A DNA stretch of 64,000 bases from Gnetum montanum (Eukaryota > Plantae > Gnetophyta), in assembly GCA_015680685.1 (NCBI GenBank), contig MNCI01000556.1:1703634-1767633 (forward strand). The letters are read 5' to 3'. The number at the start of each line of letters is the position of its first letter. Positions within the stretch are counted from its first letter, which is position 1. A program made the position numbers and the translations under genes. Below are positions 1-13,800 of this stretch, in pieces. The notes below the pieces were generated by a model. The model ran no database searches, was not told the origin of the DNA, and worked only from the letters and a program-made list of their open reading frames with translations.

Positions 1-3000
1 GAGTCAAACAAAATGATAAATAAGTTCATTTTATTACATAGTGGATAGGTATGGGATCATGCACTAATTATGGATTATTTCATGCCATAGTGTGGAATTA
101 AATAAAAAAAATTAGCACACTGACATAGAATACAAAAGACAAAATTATTGGAACTCATGTAGTTCCTGGTGGCAGTGGCTCCTCCATGGGCTTCTTCCCC
201 TTATCTTCTACTTCAAGCTTTGGAAATGGATAACTCTGAAGGAGCGCTTGAAGCTTTTCTCCATTGGTTCGGGGATTGTGTGCCATCCATGTTGATGTTC
301 CAATATTTGATAGAGTAGGCACCTCTCATGGACATGGAAGTTGCAAAAAGATCTAATTGGCTTTGATGTACCAAGCCACAAACAACTATTGTTCCTCCTC
401 ATAGGCTCTAGCTTTATCTCTACATTCTTAATAGTCCATGAGCTATCAAGCCAAATCCACCACAACATCTTTCTGACCTTGGTAGCTAACTTTGACCACC
501 TCTAACTCAGAATTTGCTACCGCTAATTTCTACAATGTCTTTTTATGTTTAAAAAATTCTATTTCATATTTTTCATAGGTGGTAGATACCTACTTTTTAA
601 CTTTATCCTTAGGCATCCTTCTGTTAACATGGCTAAGTTGGCATACTAAAGGTTTGCCAACTCCATGTATTTAGTTAGATCATGAATCTGTAGGTCCCAA
701 CTCTTTACTTTTGCTTAGTGGGAAAAGGCATAAGTGTTCAGTATGGCCCACTATTCAATGTTTTGAGCACTAAAAGCATTGATATGGGTATTATCCATAT
801 GGATCTCCTTTTCAATGATCTTTTTGTATGTCCCCACCTAGTCTTGAAAATGTTCCTTCAATTTTTCATGTCTCTTAGCTTTATTCTAGCACATGCTTAT
901 TTCAATGGCCATCTTCTGATGGATGACACATATCTCCTCTATTGAGAGGGTCCTATTTTCTTTGGCTAAGTAATTCATGTCCTAGATGATCCATATTAGT
1001 TGTTCTCACATTTGTTGAAAATTTATCTCAAGAATATTTTTTTGTTTTTCAATGATTGTCAATTGAAAATTCTCGATAGCAAGGAGGTTATTTTCTTCTT
1101 GTAAGGCCTTGACTGTTTTTGCATGTGCATACGTTTGGGCCTGTGCTTTTGAAGCATCCCAATCAACCTTCTCTTTTTCCATTACCACCCTTTTATTCTC
1201 CTCTAACAATTTTTTCAAGTGCTCCATCTGAAATAACTCTAGCTAGTTAGCTAGGATAAGTCATGATGGATCCTATTGTGGGGCTTGTAGGGCAACGAAC
1301 TTATCTTGGAGTCTTCTCAACTCATCTTCTCTTGTAGGGATAAGACTTGACCATTGCTTGCTTCTATGAGATATGCTGATGGCATAATAGGGACATTAAA
1401 TAATTCTTTCATGTGATCTGTAATCACTGATATTGCTCTAGCTACATCCTAGTGTTGCATGATCACTGTTGTGATGCCTTCACTAGTTTTTAATTGCATT
1501 TAAAAGGATGCAGTGTTTCTAGATTTTTTTTATGACCAATGTGATTTACCTTCTTTTATTTGTATGGGAACCTCACCCTATGCATGATTAATTGAGATCA
1601 TGGGTTGTATAGCATTGTCAATTACCTTCAAGAGGTTAGCCTCATCACAACTTTCCCAACTGACCATTTTTACGATGGCCCTGAGATGGCTCACTAGTGG
1701 TTGATAATCTTGTGATGGCAATGGTGGTTGGTCCTGTTGGGCACTACTTCTAGTTGTTAGTTGGGCCTCATGTCTGAAAGTTGGCTAGGTCTTTCTATTT
1801 AAGGTGTAGTGGGCCTAGCCTTCTACTCTTGCATAGGATTTGGTGTTTCACCAGCATCTTTCCTTGGTGCTTTTGGCTTTAGTAATTCAACATATGGGGC
1901 ATTTTAAGCTTTCTTAGGGATTTCATTAATGTACCCTAGAATTCTAGCATGCCAACATAGCTTTCTGAGTAGACAGAAAAAGGGCAATGCAAACTTCCCT
2001 ATCTTACATTCTTTGAACCACCTCAATATTTCTGTTAGATATAAATGGGGCAGATTAGCATCAACCTTGTCCATCAAGATTGTGCTTCCTCTAAATACAT
2101 AAGTGGAGATCATATTTAGTTCTTTTGTTGGGAAGATGTGATAGGTGCCAATTTTGAATAGATTCTCTCTTCAAGGATGATCTCCCCATATATTTTGTCC
2201 TCCTTGCTATATGTCCTCTTTATCCATGCTTTCCATGCATTAGCATTGGAGCACGTGGACAAATGAGCAACTTTTGGCCCTATATTCAGAAGGTTTAGAA
2301 CTTCTAAAATGGCCTTAGCAGAGAAATCAACTGAAATCCCACCAATGTTAGTCGTGGTGCCTTCCTCTTTATTATTCAAAAATTAGTAAGTCTCCCCAAA
2401 ATACCATTCACCACTCTCTAAGAGAACATGTCACAATGGGGATCCTTTTAGTTGATCTCTAACTAAATCAGGGGCAAATTCGTTAAAAGGTCCAAAATTG
2501 AGCTACACAATCACTTCAGCTAACATGGATCTTTTCTAAATTGAGTAAATATATTCTAGGGCCAACATGAGATGTTGTCGTTATTTAGGTGCCCTACCTT
2601 CTTCACCTTCTAGTTGCTTGGATTGTGTAGTAATAGGGGTTTCTTTATGGATGTTGAATTATTGTGCCTCTTTCTCTGCATATTCTATGGTAGGTTCTTG
2701 GCCTCTACCTCTCCTTGGATGTTTGGATGCACCTTGAGAGGCTCATTCCTATTGTCCTTGTTTAAGGGCCATCTATAATCATACTGGAATCAATTATTAG
2801 TAAGGTCATTTAACAAAATTTAATTATCTTATACCTTACTCATTTTCCTTTAATGAATTTTTGAATTCTTTCTTAGTATGATTTCAAAGTTGCAAATTTT
2901 CAAGGAAATCCCCCTAAAAGTTTTAATGCCAAGCCAAATTTTATTAGGTGACTCCAATAATAATTTTCATGATTTGGATGAAGGAAAAAAATTAGTTTTG

Positions 3001-4625
3001 CATAAGTTTTTAGCATTCCTTAAGACCACTTACCCCTATGATATCCTTTACATGACAATGAATTTTGAAAAAGTCATACACAACTTCAAGCATACTCTTT
3101 CCACACGATTGAGTTAAATACTACAGGTTTAAGTAGGTTTAATCGGAAGGAGAATTAGAGCATTAACATGTTAGATATGGATGGTTAATTGGTAGGTGCA
3201 CAAAGTGTGAAGAATCATGGAAGAAAATTGCAACAAATCCCCTCATGTGAATAGTTGAAAATGATGTTGACGTGCATGGGGCAGGGGGAGTTCCATATAT
3301 ATAGGTTTTATGCATGCAATATCGCGTACATGCTAGCGCGGACCTTATATCGCATTGGACCGAATACTGGGTGCCCAATCTCGTATCCCATATAAAATAG
3401 GATACTTATCTGAATTGATGAACTTTTGAGCTTTCATAGCTAAAAGTGAAAGGTTTAAGGTAAATTTGAAAGATTTTGGGTATTGTGAAGTGGTCAATAA
3501 GGCATCAAAAATGTAATAAAGTGGAATTATACAATGAAGTTCTTGAATAGGGTAGGAAAAATGACATGTTGTGGTGCACAAGATTGTTTGGGTTGAAATG
3601 ATGATAAAGGAAAGAATAAATTCAGCAATGCAATATTCAAAGGATATAAGATGATGTGGTGGTGTGCAATAAGTACAAATTACAAAAGTTATGCAAGTGG
3701 GTCCTCCCCAAAGTAGGTTCCAACTATCATGACCTTGTGTAACCACACCTTAAAATGTTTGTAGGCACTAGAAGGATTAAATGCAATTTGCACTAGTGCA
3801 ACAAAACACACATATGTTAAACACCACTACGATGAGGTATGAATTCTATGCCACACAAGACACAAGTTAGAAATACTCACATAGTGAGGTGAGACAAATT
3901 GTAGAAGGAATTGCAGAGAGCAGGACATGAAGTAACCTACCATGGGCATAATGAATCTTGATTATGGGGTGTGATTAAGGTATCATTAGCCTTTCACTCC
4001 AAAATCAAGACCAAGTCCATACCTCTGATCAATGACATCGCATTACTTCATCCAATCATAGACAACCAGAAGAGCATCATGATAGCAAGGGGTATGATCA
4101 CTTGGCATTTTGTCCAAGGGAGGAGTGATTTAAATTTCTCTGCAACATGTTCCTCTTGATCTTTTCTTTGTGATTTTTCTTATTTCTTTCCTTTTTCTTC
4201 TTCTACCCAGTTTGGCACTTTGTCATTTCCAATGGTGGTCCAGAGAAGCCACCAACGTTTAGGCATGGATGCATGTCTTTCTAGTGAGACCCTCTAGAAT
4301 AACATTGAGTTTCTTTATTGAGTGTCTTTATTAAACTTACTCCCATTTTTTGTTAGATCTACAAGGACCTTAGCATAAACAAGTTGCATGATAGCACAAA
4401 CAAATGTCAAAAAAAAGAATCTACAAGTCCCCTTGATGTCACACCTTGGCCATTCCCTCTTAGTCTATCACTTTTCGCTCTAGGCATAATGAGTACAAAG
4501 TTACTGTAAGTTTTAATGATGAAAAGAATATCATCATATCCAAAGTAGAACCTCTTATTAATAGAATTGGTGGGTGGGTGTTGTGGGCTTACTATCCAAA
4601 TAGTAGTCACTTTTTTATTTTCCAA
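1..4625 (-). mobile_element. Athila-like Ty3/gypsy relic A (3' region, accessory ORF, internal promoter, conserved non-coding region); cut by window edge and by a copia relic
   Basis: Colinear similarity to 11760-14700 and 16020-20720. Carries the Athila-type internal purine motif (rc of gtgggtcctccccaaag at ~3697-3713). Confidence 0.75.
160..2772 (-). pseudogene. Decayed Athila accessory/env-like ORF, copy 1
   Basis: Fragments NKEEGTTTNIGGISVDFSAKAILEVLNL, NLPHLYLTEI..LPFFCLLRKLCWHAR (LPFP.LI..LC motif of Athila env-like/putative plant transposon proteins), and a coiled-coil segment. ATG at 2770-2772; many stops. Confidence 0.7.
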
Positions 4626-4629
4626 TTTT

Positions 4630-7600
4630 AATTTTCAACTAGCACAAAAGCTTCTTCATATTAAATACTCTTCTTTTAAGAGTATCATTTTGCTACTAGC
4701 CTTGCCTTGTATAATTCTCCTTCTTTTACTTTGAAAATCCATCTACAACCAATAGGTTTTCTACCAGAAGGAAGTTTAGCAAGTTTCCATGTCTTGTATT
4801 TATTTGTAATTTCATTTTCTCATCCATAGCATTTTGTAAAGCGTTATTAACTTTTGAATAACAAGCTTCTTTATAGGTTTGAGGATCATCACTAATACAA
4901 AAAAACATATACATATAAATACTAAGATGTTCATCTTACCCAAATTGACCTTTTTAATGATTGATCTTTTTCTTAAGGCTAATCTTCCCCATCATTAGAT
5001 TCATTGTTAACTTGCTCTACGATTAATTCTTAGCAAATGTTAAAGTGAGCTTATTCTACAAGTTTTTTCTCAACTTCATTAGGTTGAAAAGATTTTTCAA
5101 ATATCATGTCTGTACTATGAATAATTTTGTTAGCACATGGATTCCATAGCTTCTATCCTTTTACCCCATGGACATATCCGAAAAACAAAAATACATGTAT
5201 TGGATTTATAATTCAATTTGGATTTACTTTCTTTAGGAACATGACAATAATCTATAATCCCAAATACTCTCAATTGATCTAATGAAAATTTCTTACTCAA
5301 TCATATCTCTTATGGGATTTTACCATCTAGTGATGATAAAGGTGTTTTATTAATTAAGAAATAAGCTGTAATCCCAAATTTTGCCCAAAACTTCTTTTGA
5401 ATACCAATATCACTAAGCATATAGCAAGTTTGTTCTAAAAGTATTATATTTATTTGTTATGCAACCTCATTTTGCTATGGAGTGGTTGAAATGATCTTCT
5501 ACCTAAAAATACCATGAGGCCTACAAATCTTTTCGAATTCATCTAAGAAAAATTTCCCACCATTATGTATTTTGAGGACTTTAATTCTTTAATTTATCAA
5601 AGACTTCATATTTGAATTTTAGGAAGTAAATCCATACTTTCCTAAAATAATCATCTATGAAAGAGACATAATATTTAGAACCAACAAGTGAAGTTACCAA
5701 ATAGGAACAAAAAAATTACTATGAACTAGACTCAATATGCTTTTAGGGCTTTGAATATTTGTAGTAAAGCTGAAATAATGTTGTTTTTCATTTAGGAAAT
5801 GTTCATAGCAAAATAAATGATCTTGGATATTATCTTTGATTATATCTTTTTCTTGGAAAATCTAGATGGACTTTTCTCCTACATGCCCAAGTCTCCTATG
5901 CCATAGATTCATGATGAAGTTCTCTTTTTAAGCATGAAGGAATTCAGCTTTATCAGCCATTATGAGACCATCTAGCTAGTATGATCTCCCACTTCCTTCT
6001 ATGTATCCTATGATTATGATAGATTTTCTTTAAAAAATTTTACATGTCTTGATTCCAAATAAGACAAACAGGTGAAAATCATCAAAATTAGCCATAGATA
6101 ATAAGCTTTTGGTAAACTCATGGTATAATATACCATGAGAATTATAATTATTCTAACATTACATGACAAATTTACTCTACCATAGCCCTTAATTGTATAG
6201 TTTTCATCTTTCATAAGAAAAATAGAAGTAGACATATTTCATGGTATTTAAAAAATCATTCTTTTCTAGATGTAAAGCTATATGAAGCTCCTAAATTAAT
6301 ATACTAGTAATTACAATTATAGTTACCTATAGTTGTAACTATACATAAGTATAATATTTCTCCATCAACATCTTTCTTAGAGAAACTATATCCAAAATAT
6401 TTCATCTTTTTCTTAGAGATTTGCAATCCTTCTTTAGTGTCCATTCTTTCCATAATTCCAACACATTGATGTTCTGTTAGGAGTATCATCTACAAATTTC
6501 TTGAATTTAAAATTATTCTTACTAAAGGATTTACTTTATTTTTGTTTTATTAGTACTTTAATAACCAATGCTTCAATAAATGCAGGTGTAGAGCACTTTT
6601 GTTGAAGTTCTTCATTTATCAACTACCCTATAACTTCATTAAATTTTAAAGAGGTAGTTGCACTAGTAATGTTTTGAATAATATTTTCATAGAAATTAGA
6701 AAGTTATTATAATAAGGAAATACACTAATCTTCTTTATCCATCTTACTACCAATTAACTGTAATTTTCTTACTATAGTATTGAAAGTAGTAAGATGAGAT
6801 GCAAGAGTATTATTTTCAAACATCTTTAACAAAAATAATTATCTTTTAATATGAAATTTATTTAAGTAAGAACTAAACTGATATATCTTATCCATAACAT
6901 CTTATAAGCCCATTGCATCCTTTTCATCTTGTAAATTTATAAGCACAAGAAGAGAAATACCTTTACAAATTATTCCTAAAATCAAACAATCTAATTGATT
7001 CCGATCTTTAGCTTTCATATTCTTTGGTTTAATTCAAATGATGCATATATTCTATTTTTTGCCAACTAGCAAATATTCCATCTTGAATTTCCAAATATTG
7101 TAGTTGTTGCCATTGAACATTTCAATTTCTTCAATGTCCATAACACTACTTACCAACTTGAAACACTCCTAGTTAATAAATTACAAGTCTTAGAATAAGC
7201 TTAACTATAACAAGTAAAGCTCAAATACCATATGTTAAATTGTAATGCATCATTAAAATAGAAAAATATAAATAAGAATACGATAGTAGTAGAAATTAAT
7301 AGAAGATAAGAAAATAACTTCAAAGTGAACAACATAATTGTCATGGAGAAATTCCAATAATTGTTTCAACTCTAACAAGCCTTACAAATCCAATCCTTCT
7401 TACTTTAAGAGTTACAAAAATCTTAAATCAAGCTTACAAAAGAGAAAGAAACTATAACTTGAATTATGATTTACACATCTTTTGATTTTGTGAAGATATG
7501 ATGATGCTAAGACCACCCAAGCATCCACTTATATAGTGTGCATAATATCATGCTTTGGGTACAAACCAAATTATAGAATTATAATTCATAATTAAGTATG

Positions 7601-7745
7601 TTCAAATTACATGTCAATGGTTACATATTCCTTTTTCATGTTACATACTTTGGTGTTTGTTATGTTTAGCCAACATGTGAAGAATAATTTGCCAACATGA
7701 CAACTATTACAACTTAGAAGTGTCTTTTACTTAAAAGTAACAACA
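4630..7745 (-). mobile_element. Ty1/copia relic: 5' LTR (~7233-7745), Met PBS, gag-PR-INT, truncated early in RT
   Basis: PBS rc gctcaaatacca at 7219-7230. gag FNGNNYNIWKFKME; zinc knuckle remnant CWNYGKNGH; WHRRLGH (~5890); YVSFIDDYFRKVWIYFL; DDPQTYKEA; KPIGCRWIFK; YKARLVAK. Confidence 0.9.
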
Positions 7746-8714
7746 CACCTCACAAGGTTTGCACTATCCATCTTTTTTATTTTTCTTTTATTTTGTGTTT
7801 CTTTTTAAATAATTAAGAAAATATTATCAATCATCGTAAATACATCAAAACAAAATTCCTACCAAAAGGATGAAGGCCAATACATGATTGAGGGAATCAA
7901 CACTTCCAAATGAACATAAATAAACATGGTAGAAAGAAACCATTGAAATGCCACCAATGATAGGACCAAGGTAGAAATCAAAAATACATGCAAGGGATGA
8001 AACCAAAATATAGAAAAAATAAAGAAAATATGATGAAAAAAAAGGCACAGGTAAACTAGGAGAAAGAAACAAGGATAGAAGCAACAAATAGTAGAAAGGA
8101 AGAGGTTGTAGCACTTATCTTAAATATTTTATATTGGATTCTATTATTGTTTAAAAATTTAATTTAATATCTATATTTTAATATTGTTACATATTTTTTT
8201 AGACCTTGAGACTTATAATTTAATTCAACATTTTACATATAAACTCTATCATAGTGAATTTAATGAATAATGATGATGATGTGAAAGTTAGTGTGTATGT
8301 TTAATCTTGAAAAGTACAAAAATGATATCATGATTTATTCTCACATTGATTTGCATTGTGAGATATGTAGCTAACCCCATTTGAAGTTTGAAATAGATAT
8401 CTAGTTGCAGTATTCACCTTTGTTAATATTTTTTTTTACTTCTTTATATCATATTTAGAGGTATGCATATGATTTTCATAAATTATTTGTTTACACTAGT
8501 GCAACTATTATTTGGTGTTTAAATTTAATTTGAGCATTGTTTCTTGATGAATTTGTTAATAAAAGCTAAAATTTGATTTATTGGAAGCTATAATTAACTT
8601 TTTTTGGGTTCATTTTCTAGTATTTTTATAGTTAATAACTAGCTATTTTCTAAAAGATTAAGTTCCCTTTTTGAATTTATGCAATGCTAATTTATAGAAT
8701 AGTTATTTATTAAA

Positions 8715-10800
8715 ATGGTTAACTGCACCATAAAGCAAGATCCACCAATGTCTAGTAAAAGAAAGTGTATAGTTGAAGAAGAGTCCTCATCATCTTAAAA
8801 GACTCTATCTCCACCTCTTTCATAGATTGTTTTTTCATGTTGTAGTATCCATGAAACCATATCCTTATGAGGTGGTTCATCCTCTACCATAGTGAAGAAG
8901 TAAGCTATAAAGAAGAAAAAGTTGCATTTAGCTATTATGGCTCATTAGAAGTTAGTTGCAAATAAATCACTAAGCTTTGAATTGCAATGAATAAACATGA
9001 CTACTTCAAATATCTATCTTTTCAAGAAAACATATCATTTCACTAGTATAATCTATTCTTGGAATATAATCTAGGAAAGGATGACAAGTTCACTAAAATA
9101 TTAGAGAAATCTAGGCTTGAACATTTCATGTGGTTCACATTATTTGAAGACAAAATATTGGCAGAGAATATTATATGACTAGTCCATTTTCTAGGTGAAG
9201 AAGATATGATGTTTTACATAGTTGTAGCACATATTATTATGGTTTTGCTTCCATATTGTAAAATATAAGTTAATAGTTAAATAGGCTTCTTATCTAAAGA
9301 AGTTATTTGTAAAATTGTTCAATTTCAAGGATCTATGAGAGAAATTTATAAGATCTATCATGAAGAGAGTTTACCTAGGATTCCTAAAGTAGTCCTACTT
9401 AGGTCTTGTAGTAGTCATCTACTACAAAATCTCTACCAAATATAGAAAGAATGTAATTATTTTATGAATGTTTAATTTATTATATGTTGTGATGAAGGAG
9501 AATCTCACCATAGATGAGATATTGGTGTTGATCCTAATTATATAAAAGGAGCCATCACCTTTTTCTTCTATCATGAATTACATAGAGCACCTTATCTATG
9601 CACAACCTATATTCTAGGTCTTTCTAAAAACCCCACGATGACACAAGATAACATGAAGAATAAATAGTTCGGGAGTAGGGTCGAGGAGGGAAGTTGATTC
9701 AACATGCCAAGTAAGCTTTATCTATAACAATTTGGACAATGTTTGGTTGATTTGAGTCATGAAATAATCCTTGTTTTTCTTGTATCATTTTAATCATTCA
9801 TACTAGGGCACAAAATGATTAAATATTCCACCATAGAGTAACAAGGTAAGATGAGCATGGAATTTTTGAAAGAAATAGTTGATAACTTTCAATTGCTTAA
9901 TTTTCTCATGTATGTGCAAGCACCACAAAGAAAGAAATTTAGAATCACTCATGTTCATGCTAAAGCCAACTAAATCCAGTGGATTGACCATAAATATGTT
10001 AGTGTTCACCAATAGATTGAGGCACTAGGCTATGGAGAATTCATCAAGCCCCTAATTGATTGGCTTTACAAGAAAGAGATCCTAAAATTCCATAGGAACC
10101 TTAAGCAACATCTCACTAAGATGAAGCCCTCAGAGCTATATATGGATTCCTCTGTGAGGAAAACCAAGGTTATGCTCATGATAGCACAACTACAAGAGTG
10201 GTTTAGGTTTCCTTCTAATGGTGAGGACATCTTTAAGCCAAGGGTAAGTCCAATTCGAGTGTAGTGTAATAGTAGGATGTTTAGTTGATTAATCTTTGGC
10301 CAAAGCATAGAGAGATGACATGGGTAATTATCACAAACATATTTACATTAACAAATATCACATATATATATTTAACTCAATCCTTTAAGTAATGAAGGCA
10401 CTAAATTACAAGAAGAAGGCTAATTTTATGTACCTATTAATTAAGTACATGGTTTATCATTGTGATGAAGAATCCTTGAGATTATCCTTTCCATTCTTAA
10501 TTTCAACCATCTTGCAAAAAATTGGACTACTAGAGTCTTAGACTAGGATGAAGGTGAATTTCATTGTCTTGAATAAGGAAAGCTGCACCTAGTATTTGAA
10601 GATCTATATCAAAATCATACCCTTCATCAAGAAATTTGATGATTAAGTTCAATTTTGATACCTTAGGCAAATGAGGTGAGGATGCTTGGAAAAGAAATGA
10701 AGACTCAAATGTAAAAGGCCTAGGTCAAGTATTAGTCAATCTTGATCATCTTGGAAAGGACTAATTCCATCTTGATAGGTCTAGATAAGAGGATTGTATA
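8715..10800 (+). pseudogene. Decayed 'putative plant transposon protein'-like accessory ORF fragments (probably two pieces)
   Basis: IEALGYGEFIKPLIDWLYKKEILKFHRNL...SSVRKTKVML..LQEWFRFPSNG at ~10015-10230 and ANFMYLLIKYM...LSFPFLISTILQKIG at ~10420-10530. Confidence 0.5.
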
Positions 10801-10819
10801 TATAAAATATAATGATCAC

Positions 10820-13800
10820 TAATGAATGATGGAGTAATCCAACACCCAACCATATGCGATATGAGTGTTCACATGTAGCCAAGTTGAATTTTATAGACAA
10901 GGCAATGTGATTATGCTAGTAATTAGTTTAAGTTCATGATCATTATCTTCCAATATGAGTTATTAAGATCAATGCATATGGTTTAATTCTTAATGAGGTG
11001 TATGATAACTAATGTTTCTTTGGCCATTTTACTCTTAGTAAACATAAGGTAAATAAAAGTGATTTCTAAGTCTAAGTAAATAAAAAATTAATCTAATCTA
11101 GCCTAGGCAATGGAAATCGATTCTTGACTCTTTGCACACATATGGTACTTGCGTAATTATTACTGGAATTACAAAGTACCTTGCTATTGGGAAAACCAAG
11201 CAATAATACTACTAGGTTACCAAATGATCACACTTAATACTCAGAATCAATTATATCCATTCTGCCTAGCAATAGTAATAGTAAAGTTCATGGAAAAGTA
11301 AATTAATAACTAGGGAAATAGTAATCATTATACTAAGTTAAAATAGTAAACATTAGTCTAAGGAAATAGTAAAGAAATCTAAGTGATGCTACAATGATGC
11401 AAAGTAATCTTAATTTTATTTCTAGTCATGAAATGTATCCATCTTCATTCCACTTGAATAAAGACTCTGTTCAATCACTTAACATCACATTGCATGCATA
11501 CACTACTAAGTGCTTAGTGGTAAAAATAAGAAAACAAACTAACAAAATTTCGCTAAGGCTGGAATGAAAATTGTTATTGGACCATGCATCTAAGTGTCAT
11601 ATTTATAGGTTTGCACGTATTCATTATATCAAATATCAAACATCATAGATTGTGCCTTAATATCAAGGATCTAAGATCATAGCTCTAATATCAAATACTT
11701 GATATTGTAGCCAACAAAAAATGTTAATTTATCATACCCTCATGACTGACTAAAAACTCATCTTTGAGTTAAAACAAAATGAGGATGGATTTCCTTACAA
11801 AATTAGGGGGTAGATTTACATGACACTGACTACTATGTACATGAATCTTAAAGGTCACAGTGGTGTTTACAAAAATGATACAAAACATTACATGAAAACC
11901 TTAATAAAAACAATTTTTGGTAAAGCTTAATATAGTCCTATGTAGTTCTAGGTAGGGGTGGCTCCTCCATCAGTTGCTTCCCCTTGTCATCAGGCTTTAA
12001 AATCTATATTGGTTTAAGAGCATCTAAAGCTTCTCCTCTTCTTTTCTTGGGTTAGTTACTATCCATGATTGTTGTGTAATTTGTGATGGAGTAGGTACAT
12101 CCCATGGGCATGGAAACTGCAAAAACATCTAATTCACCTTGACATATTAAGCTAGGAACTACTTTATCTCCTCTCAAATGTTGTAGCCTTTTCTCATAGT
12201 TCATGGTAATTAGTTAATCTTCTAGCTAGGTTTACTACTACATTCTTCTACACTTGGTAAGCAACCTTTACTGCATCTAGTTCAAATTTTTTTAGTTAGA
12301 GTTCCTGCAACACATCTTTACGATTTACAAACTCATTTTCATATAGAGCATATGTGGCTACTACTTGTTAATCTTGCTCGTTCTTAGGCCTACCTAGTAT
12401 TAAAAAGTCTAATTTAGCATAACAAAGGTTAAATAACCCCATGTACTCTTTCAAGTATTTAATCTGCAAGCTTTTATTTTTCACTTCCACTTGGTGGATA
12501 AGGATTTTGTGCTAAAAGAATGTAGATTTTTTCTTTCACCATTTGGATCTCCTTCTCATTTATTTTCTTGTACATGCCCACCTGATCTCAAAATTGTTCC
12601 TTGAACCTTTCATGTTTCTTTGCCTTATTTTCTCACACACTTATTTCAATGACTAACTTTTGATGAATGGCACATACCTCCTTCATTAAGAAGGTTCTAT
12701 TTTCTATTGTGAGGTGGCTCATGTCTTGGTTGATCCTCAATAGTTGTTCCCTTAACTAGTAGATGCTCTCCTCCAAAATATTTTTCTACTTTTTCACAAT
12801 GGTCAATGTCATGTTATCAACAATAAGTTGTTTATTTTCCTCTTAGACTATGGTAAGTGTCTTGAGTGTCCATACATTTTTGTTTTTGCTACCAAGGCAT
12901 TCCATATTTCTTTCTTCTTCTCTATTGCCATTTGTTTATTCTACTCAATTAGATGGTCCATATGCTCTATCTTGAGCTAGTCTATTTGGTAAAGTGCAAT
13001 GAATTGAGTTGGATCTCTATGTTTAGCTCTTAGTACTATGAGCTCTTCTTGTAATATCAGAATTTTATTTTCTACATGCTCTACCCTTGTCTCTGTCCTA
13101 ACCATTTTTCCTTTGGTGGTAATGAGCTCAAACTATACTACAGTGACATCACTAGGAATTTCAAGAAGTTATTGTCATGACTTGCCTAGTTTGCACCAGT
13201 CTACTGATTACATCCTCATGATCAGCAAGAGTCATCAAGGTTCTAGCTAACATTTGAGCATCTCTAGCTCTAGTTAGATTTTTCAATGGCACAATAAGTA
13301 CGTTGAAAGATTCTTTAATATAATCGATGATTACTCTTGCTACTCCCACTACATATTGGTGCTACATTACCAATATTGTGGATCTTTCTCTTTTATCAAG
13401 TACCACTTGAAATGATGTATCATTCTCAGAGATCTATTATGACCATTGCACCTCTCCTCCTCATTGTAGCAAGATATATCTACTTGCTAGATCTACTAAA
13501 ACTATGGGATAGATGGAACTATCAATAACTTTGTAAAGGTTTGTCTCCTCCCTTCTTTCCTAGCTAATGGTTTTTTTAATCTATTGCAAATGACTCATCA
13601 ATGGTATATAATCTTGTAGCAATGGTGGTGGAACTTGCTATTATTGTTATTGCTCTTGTTGTTTCTCTTATTCTTGTTCTTCATCCTAATATTTTTTGGG
13701 TGGTTCTAATTTAAGAAATTTAGCATATGAAGCATTTTTGGCTTTCCTTGGAACATCATTTGTGGATCCTAGGATTTCAACTTACTTGCACAACTTCTTG

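Noticed and set aside
7845-8114. Hydrophobic 89-aa ORF resembling a membrane protein
   Set aside because: Antisense of an A-rich low-complexity tract; same applies to most short ORFs in the AT-rich region.
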